Below, one piece after another: positions 55,461 through 64,000 of a stretch of DNA of 64,000 nucleotides. The stretch is from a bacterium (lineage in GTDB: Bacteria > SZUA-182 > DTGQ01 > JAFGSM01). The position numbers and the translations under genes were made by a program. The stretch is from assembly GCA_049472335.1 (NCBI GenBank), contig JBLIRO010000003.1, positions 32,001 to 96,000 of the forward strand, written 5' to 3'. How positions within the stretch are numbered: the first letter of the stretch is position 1; each line of letters starts with the position of its first letter. The notes beneath the pieces were generated by a model, which was not told the DNA's origin, made no database searches, and saw nothing but the letters and a program-made list of their open reading frames with translations.

Positions 55461-56062
55461 AATAATACCCCTTTTTATGTTTTTAAAAGATTATTATTTC
55501 TAACAATAAGGGCCAAGAAAGAACATATTCAACTGCAACAACCAATGATACGACAATACAAAATCTCAGGATTTGATCAGAACTGGTTTTATTATATAGT
55601 TCGTTATAGGATTATAAATAGAAAGTGCCTGTGGTATTTCAAGTTCTTGTCTTTGATTTCTTTTATAAAGTTCTCTATTTAATTCTATAATTCAATAACA
55701 GCAATATCAGATTGTGAATTGAATACTCCGGACGTTAAGGAAAAACTACAATAAATCATATTATTTTTAAATAATTTAATTACTAAGATCACTTTCAGAA
55801 CCCAAAATTTTAATAGAAATATCGATCTTGCCCTTATTTAGCCTATATCCAGATAATTTATAATAGTTTGACCTCCTTGTTATTAAATTTATTAAATATT
55901 TATGGTAATAATAGTGCAATATGATATTATTAGGAAAATTTAGTGAAAGATCGTGAGGCTATGAACCGAGTATCATTTTGAAAATGAAGTCTATATTTAT
56001 TTATAATTATACCACAATTTGAAAAAAATAAAAGGGTTATTTATTCATTAATTTAAATCATT

Positions 56063-57208
56063 CTATTTTATATAAGATTTTAAAGCGCGTATCGCAATAT
56101 CTATCTCCTCTTTAGTATTGAAATAGGATAATGAAAATCTAACGGTGCCCTTGGGGAAGGTGCCTAATGTTTTGTGGGCTTCCGGCGCACAATGTAATCC
56201 CGGTCTTGTATATATGTCCCATTCAGAATCAAGATACCGGGAGATATCCGAAGCGGTCGCCCCTTTCACATTAAAAGAAACCGTTGCCACACGATCAGTA
56301 TCAGGGGCGTACACTTCCACCTCTTCAATTTCAAAGAGTTTTTCAAGAAGATAGTGGGTCATTTCCTGTTCATATTCGATGATGTTTTCAAGCCCCTGGC
56401 TAATAATGAAATGGATTCCCGCGGTGAGGCCTGAAAATCCGGGGGTGTTTAACGTACCGGCCTCAAATTTATCCGGAGTAAAATCAGGATGAACCGTCTT
56501 TTCGGACAAACTGCCTGTGCCTCCCCGCATAAAAGATTCAAGCTCACCGGGTTTTTTTACAATGAGGGCGCCTGTGCCCTGGGGGCCAAAGAGATGTTTA
56601 TGGCCTGTAATGGCAAAAAGATCAAAGGGGGTTTCCTTTAAATCTATCTTCATCGTTCCCGCCCCCTGCGCCCCATCCACTAGAAGCTTGATACCCGCGG
56701 CATGAGAAACCTGAAATATACCTGCCAAATCCAGTTTGGTGCCTGAAACGTTTGAAGCGGAGGTTATGGCAATGAGTTTCGTTTTGTCGGTTATGGCTGC
56801 TTTGATCTGCTGAGGGGTCACAATACCCCTTTGATCTGCAAGTAGGATCTTAAGTGTGATATTCCCCTGACCTTTGAGGTGATTCAGGGGCCTCAACACT
56901 GAATTATGCTCCATGGAGGTGGTGATAACCTCGTCACCGGCATTTAATGATCCGTAAATGGCTATATTTAAGGCTTCTGTAGCGTTTTTCGTAAGAACAA
57001 TATTTTCCGTGTCGGAAAAATTGAAAAGCTCACCTATGATCTCGCGTGTATTATAGATAACCTCCGCCGCTTTAATGGACAATGTATGTCCGGACCTGCC
57101 CGGATTCGCATTCATATATTTTAAGCAGTTGCATATTGCATTTATGACAGTGTCCGGTTTGGCCCCCGAAGTTGCGGCATTGTCAAAATATATCCCTTTC
57201 GGCTTCAT
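56063..57208 (-). CDS. Cysteine desulfurase-family PLP enzyme (aminotransferase class V)
   Basis: IYFDNAATS, NPGRSGH, SMEHNSV, DGAQ, GHKHLFGPQG, EAGTLN, RPGLHCAP. Confidence 0.92.
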   Translation of the reverse strand: MKPKGIYFDNAATSGAKPDTVINAICNCLKYMNANPGRSGHTLSIKAAEVIYNTREIIGELFNFSDTENIVLTKNATEALNIAIYGSLNAGDEVITTSMEHNSVLRPLNHLKGQGNITLKILLADQRGIVTPQQIKAAITDKTKLIAITSASNVSGTKLDLAGIFQVSHAAGIKLLVDGAQGAGTMKIDLKETPFDLFAITGHKHLFGPQGTGALIVKKPGELESFMRGGTGSLSEKTVHPDFTPDKFEAGTLNTPGFSGLTAGIHFIISQGLENIIEYEQEMTHYLLEKLFEIEEVEVYAPDTDRVATVSFNVKGATASDISRYLDSEWDIYTRPGLHCAPEAHKTLGTFPKGTVRFSLSYFNTKEEIDIAIRALKSYIK

Positions 57209-57272
57209 GAAGGATCCCCCGCTCCCCTGCCCTATTTTTTCAACTCCGGATTTATATTCACTTTTTCTGTAA

Positions 57273-57503
57273 TCATCCCGTTTCCCATTGATAAATACAA
57301 TCGTATTCCACCCTGTTTTCCTTTAGGATCTTTTCCGCGTCTTCTTTTTCTTCCCATGGGACTTTGCAGCAAAAACCGCAATCAGAACTCAGCTCCCTTG
57401 GTATGTTTGTCAGCTCCGGTTTCTTCCCATAGCCTTCCAGCACCTTTTTGGCCTTAATGGCAAAATGGTTAGTATGAAATGTTATGATTCCAAAAATTGC
57501 CAT
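57273..57503 (-). CDS. DUF3343-like small protein
   Basis: ITFHTNHFAIKAKK...IPRELSSDCG motif; family commonly found beside this desulfurase type. Confidence 0.75.
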   Translation of the reverse strand: MAIFGIITFHTNHFAIKAKKVLEGYGKKPELTNIPRELSSDCGFCCKVPWEEKEDAEKILKENRVEYDCIYQWETG

Positions 57504-57687
57504 ATATCCTGTCTTTAGTTTTTATTTGGTTAGATCAAAAAACAAAGCGGCTTATGTTTATTTATTCAATATAGATTCCCATATCTTCAATATATATTAT
57601 CGATTAAATATCCAAAGAACTCAAATTGGATTTATTTATATAAAAAATCTTTTTTATAAGACAATTCTATAATTAGTTATATTGCTC

Positions 57688-57703
57688 TGGCATGTTTAAT
57701 GCT
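57688..57703 (+). promoter_or_regulatory. Putative sigma54 promoter
   Basis: TGGCATGTTTAATGCT = GG-N10-GC, upstream of the transglutaminase-like gene. Confidence 0.6.
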
Positions 57704-57737
57704 TATAAGCGAATTTTATAAAAAAAGTAACACTTAA

Positions 57738-58355
57738 TTGTTTTTAAAAGTCAAGGTTTTGGGATATAGGAGCAAGACATTGTTATCACGAAAAGGAACG
57801 CCTTTAAGAATATTTTCCTTTTTGTTTCTAGTTGTGTCCCTGATATCCTGTGGTGGAGGAGGTAGCGAAAATACCGGAAAAAATATGTGGTATGAAAGGA
57901 TAGAAGGCTGGCAAACAAGGGAGTTGGCGTGCCTTGAATATCCTGAATACAATTATGATCAATCTGACTTTATTGTTGAAGAGTCGGTTTTAAGGGACAT
58001 TAACAGAGAGGTATTCCACAGTAATAAATATGTCAAGGATGAGGGAATCGATTTTTGGCAGACATCATGCGAGACAATACAATACGCCGAAGGTGATTGC
58101 GAGGACCTTGCGATCTTAGTCTGGAGAAAATTAAGGGCCAAAGGCTATCCTGACAAAATAAACGGAATGATATTAAGTGAAAGAGACGGATTGTTTCATG
58201 TGTTTGTGGCGGTATATTATTCAGAAGATGATTTTTACATTATTGATCCAACCGGCTATTTCACATTTAATGTAGTTCCCGGGAGAGAATTTCTCAATAC
58301 GGAAAAAATAAATCTCATTTTATGGTTTAACATGTTTTTGATCAGGGAACTCTAA
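57738..58355 (+). CDS. Transglutaminase-like cysteine peptidase (BTLCP/LapG-like), probable lipoprotein; start codon uncertain
   Basis: Lipobox LISC; D.WQT...GDCEDLA...HVFVAV...IIDP (Cys-His-Asp). Confidence 0.75.
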   Translation: MFLKVKVLGYRSKTLLSRKGTPLRIFSFLFLVVSLISCGGGGSENTGKNMWYERIEGWQTRELACLEYPEYNYDQSDFIVEESVLRDINREVFHSNKYVKDEGIDFWQTSCETIQYAEGDCEDLAILVWRKLRAKGYPDKINGMILSERDGLFHVFVAVYYSEDDFYIIDPTGYFTFNVVPGREFLNTEKINLILWFNMFLIREL

Positions 58356-59962
58356 AATAATCCGGTCTTTGTGTACATAACCATTCGATTATCATACAGA
58401 TCCTTTGCGTGATAAGAGCTCCTTACAAACGGTCCGCTGGCAACATCAGAAAAACCCATTTTAAGGGCACTCTTTTTCCACTGCATAAATTCTTCAGGCG
58501 GTACAAAACGTCTTACAGGCAAATGTTCCCTGGTGGGTTGAAGATATTGTCCTATTGTCAGTATACTGCATCCGACATCCACAAGATCCTTTAATATTTT
58601 TTCAATCTCTTCAGGTGTTTCTCCCAGGCCCAGCATGATTCCTGACTTTGTCGGAATGGCAGGATTTCTCAGACCGGCATGCATTAATAGCCTGATAGAA
58701 CGCCAGTAAATAGCTTTGGGTCGAACAGAAGGATAAAGACTAGGTACTGTTTCGATATTATGATTTAAAACAGCGGGTTGTGCGTCCAGCACAATCTGAA
58801 GGGCATCCATATCCCCTTGAAAATCAGGTATCAAAACCTCGATACACGCGTTTGGTATCTTTTTACGCACCTCCCTGATCGTTTTTGCAAAGTGACCTGC
58901 CCCGCCATCGGGAAGGTCATCCCGTGTCACAGATGTAATCACCACGTAACTAAGCCCCATATTCCTGGCAGCTTCCGCTACCCTTTCCGGTTCCTCCGGG
59001 TCAGGCAGGCCGGATGGACCCTGTTCTACAGCACAAAACCGGCAGTTCCGGGTACAACGAGGCCCCATAATCAAAAATGTGGATGTTCTTTGGGAGAAAC
59101 ATTCCCAGATATTAGGGCATTTGGCCTCCTGGCATACGGTGTGAAGACGACTTTTATTTAAGAGGGATCTGACATTTTCATACGAAGGCCCAGTGGGAAG
59201 ATTCCGTTTTAACCAGTGTGGTTTTTTAACATATTTTTTAGATGCATGATTCTGACGTTCTTTTAAAATCTCATCCAATTCCTTCAAGTTCATCTTTTTC
59301 AACTCAATATCGAAAACCGATTCAGTATGCTTTTTAATGATTTTTCTTGCCTCACGCATGGAAACCTTACGAGACAGCTCCTGTTCGATGGATGTCATGT
59401 CAACATTTTTCAGGCCGCAGGGATTTATCCATGTAAACGGCATCATGTTCAAATTGATATTGATGGCAAGCCCATGAAAGGAAATCCCTCTCCGGACCGC
59501 TATCCCGACACTTCCGATTTTTCTGTTCTTTACCCATACCCCCCTGTTTATGGAATTTCTCTCGGTCTCTATTCCAAAATCCGAAGCAGTTCGGATCATT
59601 ACCTCCTCGAGCCTTTCTATTAATTCGGACACTCCCAGCCTGGCTATGTGAAGATCGATGATTGGATACATAATGAGCTGTCCCGGCCCGTGATATGTTA
59701 TGTTACCCCCACGCTCCGCCTTGATGACCTGAATACCTTTTTCCTTAAGAAAATCCTCAGAAACCATAAGGTCATTCAAACCGGCATTGTGGCCAAGCGT
59801 AAATACAGAAGAATGTTCCAACAACACAACAACATCACTTTCAATAATCCTCTCTTTTCTGGCTGTTACAAGTTCGGCCTGAAGATTCCATGCCTCCTTA
59901 TATTCAGTGACAGGAAGATCAAGGCAAAACCATCTTTTCTCTTTTTTTGTTTTATTCTTCAT
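58352..59962 (-). CDS. lipA: Fused octanoyltransferase LipB - lipoyl synthase LipA
   Basis: LipB: LEH..VFTLG, RGGNITYHGPGQL, KIGSVG, HGLAIN, PCGL. LipA: CQEAKCPNIWEC, CTRNCRFC, RDDLPDGGA, GQYLQP, RSSY. Confidence 0.93.
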   Translation of the reverse strand: MKNKTKKEKRWFCLDLPVTEYKEAWNLQAELVTARKERIIESDVVVLLEHSSVFTLGHNAGLNDLMVSEDFLKEKGIQVIKAERGGNITYHGPGQLIMYPIIDLHIARLGVSELIERLEEVMIRTASDFGIETERNSINRGVWVKNRKIGSVGIAVRRGISFHGLAININLNMMPFTWINPCGLKNVDMTSIEQELSRKVSMREARKIIKKHTESVFDIELKKMNLKELDEILKERQNHASKKYVKKPHWLKRNLPTGPSYENVRSLLNKSRLHTVCQEAKCPNIWECFSQRTSTFLIMGPRCTRNCRFCAVEQGPSGLPDPEEPERVAEAARNMGLSYVVITSVTRDDLPDGGAGHFAKTIREVRKKIPNACIEVLIPDFQGDMDALQIVLDAQPAVLNHNIETVPSLYPSVRPKAIYWRSIRLLMHAGLRNPAIPTKSGIMLGLGETPEEIEKILKDLVDVGCSILTIGQYLQPTREHLPVRRFVPPEEFMQWKKSALKMGFSDVASGPFVRSSYHAKDLYDNRMVMYTKTGLF

Positions 59963-60015
59963 ATTTTGAGATTAGATCAAAGAATGAACGCTTCTTTCTA
60001 TTCAAATTACAACTC

Positions 60016-61419
60016 TTATTCAGGAAAAAAAACCTTCTCACACTTCCTTGGCGGGAGTCCCAGCCGCTTGAGGCCCACCTCTGCGACCTGGGCGATTGCG
60101 TCATACATCTGAGAAAACGGTGGATTGTACGAAAGCTCGGCATCGGAAATGTCATAAAGGGTCATGCCTCCATGAATGGCAAGCGCAAAGATATTGATTC
60201 TCCACGCAGCACCTTCCCTGCCCACGGCCTGTGCGCCTAAAAGCCTGCCATCCCTGGAATCGCAAATTACCCTCAGGTTTATCTGTGTTGCGTCAGGCAT
60301 ATAATGAGGTTTTGTTTCACGCATGGTGGATATTGCCCTGGCATCATATCCCAAACCTTTTGCCGCCTCCAGGGTATAACCGGTTGAGGCAATCTCCAGA
60401 TCTCCAATAACTGTAAGGAAGGTGTTAAGAGCGCCGGGATAAAATGTGTTCCCTCCGGCTGCGTTTATCCCTGCCGCCATCCCCTGCATGTAAGCAGCCG
60501 TTGCGAGCTGCATAGTTGTGGGTGTTCCGTCTATTCGTGAATAGGTTTGCACCAGATCTCCTACCGCGTAAACACCTTCAACGGTTGTCTCCATCCTGTT
60601 GTTTACAATCACAAAACCATTTTTTGTTTTTGCACCAGTCATCTCGGCCAGTTTCAAGTTCCCTCTCATCCCCACGGCCATAACGACTATGTCGCAATCG
60701 ATCTTTTCACCGGCTATCTCAACATATTCAACCTTTTGATCGCCATTTATACTGTCAATCCCTTTCCCAAAAAGGACACGTATCCCCAATCCTTCTAAAT
60801 GCTCGATTATTAGTTTACCCATAGCCGGGTCAAGATTTCTGGGAAAAGGATGCGGTGTCCTTTTTGTTACCGATACGTCAAGTCCCATTTTTTTCAATCC
60901 CGCCGCAACCTCGAGTCCCATGGCTCCGCCACCCACTACCAGGGCCATTTTTTTGCCGGACGATCTCGCGGCTTCAAAAAGTTCCCTGCTATTCTTCATA
61001 TCAGATACAAAATGTATCCCTTTTCCCAGAAATTCCTTTGCACCGGGGATCGGAAGATTGATCGGCGACGCTCCGGTGGCAAGTATCAGAGAATCATAAC
61101 TGATTTCCTTCTCCATTGATTTTGCAAGATCCAGAACCTTCAAAACCTTCTTCTCATGATCGACTGCTATCACTTCATGATAAAGCAGTTTAGTCAGTTT
61201 CTTGCTGAATTCCGGAACGTCATATCTTAAAGCATCAAAGTCCTTGATTAAACCTTCAATCACGAAGGGGAGGCCGCACGGGGAAAACTGGTCGAAATCC
61301 CTTTTCTCAATAATAGTTACATGGCATTTCCGGTTAAATTGCAGCGCGCTTTTTGATGCATAGAGTCCCCCTACACCAAGACCTACTATGACTATTTCCA
61401 AAAAATCCTTATCCGGCAT
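60016..61419 (-). CDS. FAD-dependent pyridine nucleotide-disulfide oxidoreductase (NADH oxidase / CoA-disulfide reductase family)
   Basis: ATG 61419 immediately after the gcvPB stop; GLGVGG, single-Cys motif FSPCGLP, LATGA, GGGAMG.E, YAVGD, LSYNPPFS. Confidence 0.85.
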   Translation of the reverse strand: MPDKDFLEIVIVGLGVGGLYASKSALQFNRKCHVTIIEKRDFDQFSPCGLPFVIEGLIKDFDALRYDVPEFSKKLTKLLYHEVIAVDHEKKVLKVLDLAKSMEKEISYDSLILATGASPINLPIPGAKEFLGKGIHFVSDMKNSRELFEAARSSGKKMALVVGGGAMGLEVAAGLKKMGLDVSVTKRTPHPFPRNLDPAMGKLIIEHLEGLGIRVLFGKGIDSINGDQKVEYVEIAGEKIDCDIVVMAVGMRGNLKLAEMTGAKTKNGFVIVNNRMETTVEGVYAVGDLVQTYSRIDGTPTTMQLATAAYMQGMAAGINAAGGNTFYPGALNTFLTVIGDLEIASTGYTLEAAKGLGYDARAISTMRETKPHYMPDATQINLRVICDSRDGRLLGAQAVGREGAAWRINIFALAIHGGMTLYDISDAELSYNPPFSQMYDAIAQVAEVGLKRLGLPPRKCEKVFFPE

Positions 61420-61420
61420 T

Positions 61421-62878
61421 TTATCCAGCGAGACACGGCTTTCTTGCTGCTGTAACTTCATCCAGCCTTTTTACCTTGCAGCTTTTAGGCGCATGATGAA
61501 GCAGATTGGGGGTCTCCCTTGCCTCATCCACTATGGACTTGAAGGCTTCGACAAAACGATCGATATCCTCTTTCGATTCTGTTTCAGTAGGCTCGACCAT
61601 AATGGCTCCATGAACCACCAGAGGGAAATAACAGGTGGGAGGGTGAAATCCATACTCCATAAGCCTCTTGGCCATATCCAAGGTCGTAATCTTATATGGC
61701 TCCTGATTTTTATCGGAAAACACGCATTCATGCATACAGGGTCTGTCATAGGGCAGATGCAATGTCTCCTTCAACTGTTCCTTGATATAATTTGCGTTTA
61801 ATACCGCGAGCTGACTGACTTTTTTCAGGTTTTTCGGTCCCATGCTTCGTATATAACTGTAAGCCTTGATCATTACTCCCACGTTTCCGAAAAATGCCTG
61901 TACTTTTCCTATAGATTGTGGATAATCAGAGGAAATGACATATCCGCCGTTTTCCTTTTTTACACGGGGAACTGGCAAAAATGGCTCCAGATGTTTTTTC
62001 ACGCAAACGGGCCCTGAGCCAGGTCCTCCTCCTCCATGGGGGGTAGAAAAGGTCTTATGCAGGTTTATATGCATCACGTCCACTCCGATGTGGCCCATCT
62101 TTGCAATACCCATCACAGCGTTCAAATTGGCGCCGTCACAATAGACCATCCCGCCTTTTGAGTGGATTATATCGGCTATTTCCCTTATGTTTTCCTCGAA
62201 AAGACCCAGGGTGTTGGGATTGGTAACCATGATCCCGGCAGTTTCTTCATCCATGACTTCTGTAATTGCCTCTACAGACAGAATTCCCTTTTCATTGGAA
62301 CTTACTGGTACCGGCTGGTAACCACAAAGTGTCACACTGGCAGGATTTGTGCCGTGTGCGGTATCAGGGACAATGATCTTGGAACGCTGCAAACCTTTGC
62401 TTTTGTGGTAAGCGTGAATCAGAAGCATTCCGGTGAGCTCTCCGTGGGCCCCGGCAGCAGGCTGGAGGGTTGTGGCTTCCATGCCCGCTATTTCTGAAAG
62501 ATAATTTTCAAGCTCAAACATCATCCTGAGAACGCCCTGGGAAAGATGGGCCGGAAGCAGAGGATGCGCCCCGATAAAACCGGGAAGCCCGGCCTGTCTC
62601 TCATTCGTCTTCGGGCTATACTTCATTGTGCAAGAACCCAGGGGATACATTCCGGTATCCACCCCGAAATTCCATTGGGAAAGCCTGGTATAATGACGCA
62701 CAACATCCACCTCGCTGAGGTCCGGAAATTCCGGGCCTTCACCTGTCATTTCAGCGGGCAGGGAAGAGGATCTAACGTCAGCCGCCGGAAGTGAGTATCC
62801 CCGCCTCCCCTTTTTCCCTTTTTCCCATAAAAGAGGTTCGTTTAGGATAAGACCCGTTGTGCCTACGCGTTCTTTCAT
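61421..62878 (-). CDS. gcvPB: Glycine dehydrogenase (decarboxylating) subunit 2
   Basis: [54 protein letters not shown] 62878 overlaps the gcvPA stop (ATGA). Confidence 0.95.
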   Translation of the reverse strand: MKERVGTTGLILNEPLLWEKGKKGRRGYSLPAADVRSSSLPAEMTGEGPEFPDLSEVDVVRHYTRLSQWNFGVDTGMYPLGSCTMKYSPKTNERQAGLPGFIGAHPLLPAHLSQGVLRMMFELENYLSEIAGMEATTLQPAAGAHGELTGMLLIHAYHKSKGLQRSKIIVPDTAHGTNPASVTLCGYQPVPVSSNEKGILSVEAITEVMDEETAGIMVTNPNTLGLFEENIREIADIIHSKGGMVYCDGANLNAVMGIAKMGHIGVDVMHINLHKTFSTPHGGGGPGSGPVCVKKHLEPFLPVPRVKKENGGYVISSDYPQSIGKVQAFFGNVGVMIKAYSYIRSMGPKNLKKVSQLAVLNANYIKEQLKETLHLPYDRPCMHECVFSDKNQEPYKITTLDMAKRLMEYGFHPPTCYFPLVVHGAIMVEPTETESKEDIDRFVEAFKSIVDEARETPNLLHHAPKSCKVKRLDEVTAARKPCLAG

Positions 62879-64000
62879 GATCTCACCTCCCTGATGAGTG
62901 CATCCATGTCCTCCCTGGACTTGGTTTCTGTGACACAAAAAAGGTAGTGATTTTCAAGCCCGGGATAGTAAGGGGCAAGATGAAGACCTGCTATTATCTT
63001 CCTTTTGAGAAGATCGTTGTGAACTGTCTCAAAGCCATCGGGACATTTCATAACGAATTCATTGAATGTAGGGGTTTTAAAAGTTAAAGCAAAGCCGGCA
63101 CTTTCCAATCCGGATTTAAGATATTCAGCCTTGTCATGATTAAGGCGGGCCAGATCCCTCATTCCCGTTCCTCCCAAAGATGCCATATATATGGCGGCTA
63201 TCAATGCGCAGAGGCTATTATTCGTACAGATGTTGGAAGTCGCCCTTTCCCTTCGAATATGCTGCTCCCTGGTTGCAAGGGTCAGGACAAAACCCCTTCT
63301 TCCATCCAGGTCCTTAGTCTGCCCAACCAGGCGGCCGGGCAGGTTGCGCATATATTTTGTAGTAGTTGCCAGCATTCCCAGGCCCGGTCCTCCGAAGCAT
63401 CCCGGAATGCCAAGGCTCTGCCCTTCCCCGCAAACAATATCCGCTCCCTGGCTTCCCGGGCTTTTCAAAAGACCGAATGCGAGGGCCTCTGTAAAGGAGG
63501 CAACTAAAAGGGCATTTTTTCCATGAACTATTTCTCCGGCAGCACGAAGATTCTCGATGCACCCGAAAAAATTGGGTGATTGAATGGCTACCGCGGCAAG
63601 ATCATCCATTTGATCCAGTTTTTCAAGATCAGTAACACCGCTTTCAAGATACGGAAGCTCTATGATTTCAAATCCGGTGGGCTCAAAATAGGTCCTGGCA
63701 ACCTGTCTGTAATGAGGATGAATCAGACTTGAAACAGCCACTTTTTTTCTTTTAGTAATACGAATAGCCATCAGCAGGGATTCTGCCAGTGAAGTGGCGC
63801 CATCATAATGAGAAGCCGTTGCCACTTCCATGCCGAGGAGTTGTGCCGTAAGTGTCTGATATTCATAAATGGCCTGAAGTGTCCCCTGGCTCATTTCCGG
63901 CTGATAGGGGGTATAAGAAGTGACGAACTCTGAGCGGGACGAAAGATATGTAACCGACGCAGGGATAAAATGTTCATAAGAGCCCGCCCCCATAAAGACT
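62875..64000 (-). CDS. gcvPA: Glycine dehydrogenase (decarboxylating) subunit 1 (5' end outside window)
   Basis: [51 protein letters not shown]. Confidence 0.95.
   Translation of the reverse strand, partial: VFMGAGSYEHFIPASVTYLSSRSEFVTSYTPYQPEMSQGTLQAIYEYQTLTAQLLGMEVATASHYDGATSLAESLLMAIRITKRKKVAVSSLIHPHYRQVARTYFEPTGFEIIELPYLESGVTDLEKLDQMDDLAAVAIQSPNFFGCIENLRAAGEIVHGKNALLVASFTEALAFGLLKSPGSQGADIVCGEGQSLGIPGCFGGPGLGMLATTTKYMRNLPGRLVGQTKDLDGRRGFVLTLATREQHIRRERATSNICTNNSLCALIAAIYMASLGGTGMRDLARLNHDKAEYLKSGLESAGFALTFKTPTFNEFVMKCPDGFETVHNDLLKRKIIAGLHLAPYYPGLENHYLFCVTETKSREDMDALIREVRS

Noticed and set aside
61420..62938. Track start codons at 61461 and 62938
   Set aside because: Both extend into the upstream gene; ATG 61419 and ATG 62878 give normal translational coupling.

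Overview
Bacterial genomic window; the gene content suggests an anaerobe, possibly Desulfobacterota-like (inference only). Left end, minus strand (1-5007): a four-gene operon running off the window, encoding a coiled-coil protein, two tandem BrxD/DUF2791-like P-loop ATPases and an Lhr-like DEIH-box helicase that the ORF track missed. It is a candidate Shango/BREX-related defence module. 5.4-11.2 kb: a cupin, a di-heme MauG/CCP-family protein and a penta-heme cytochrome c with an FN3 domain. 11.8-50.7 kb, plus strand: a ~39 kb extracellular-type contractile injection system (eCIS; Afp/PVC-like) with no capsid, PAAR or lysis gene recognised. Structural genes: cap, two sheaths, two tubes, tube initiator, split hub and spike, gp25, baseplate J, wedge, three fibre-like genes, tape measure and AAA+ ATPase. 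Downstream: two putative cargo genes sharing an exact 10-aa N-terminal motif (FYSAGPVFGL), a probable immunity gene, a YkgJ Fe-S protein and a four-GT/methyltransferase fusion. 50.7-55.5 kb, minus strand: a 14-repeat LVIVD surface protein, a DUF3467-like protein and a sigma54 activator with a degenerate receiver domain. The eCIS operon and the DUF3467/LVIVD operon each have a sigma54-type promoter preceded by the same 8/11/13-spaced TGTNACA array, suggesting one regulon. Right end: cysteine desulfurase, DUF3343, a LapG-like peptidase, a LipB-LipA fusion, a Nox/CoADR-like flavoprotein, gcvPB and partial gcvPA. No rRNA, tRNA, CRISPR array or transposase was recognised. All family names come from motif recognition, not database searches.
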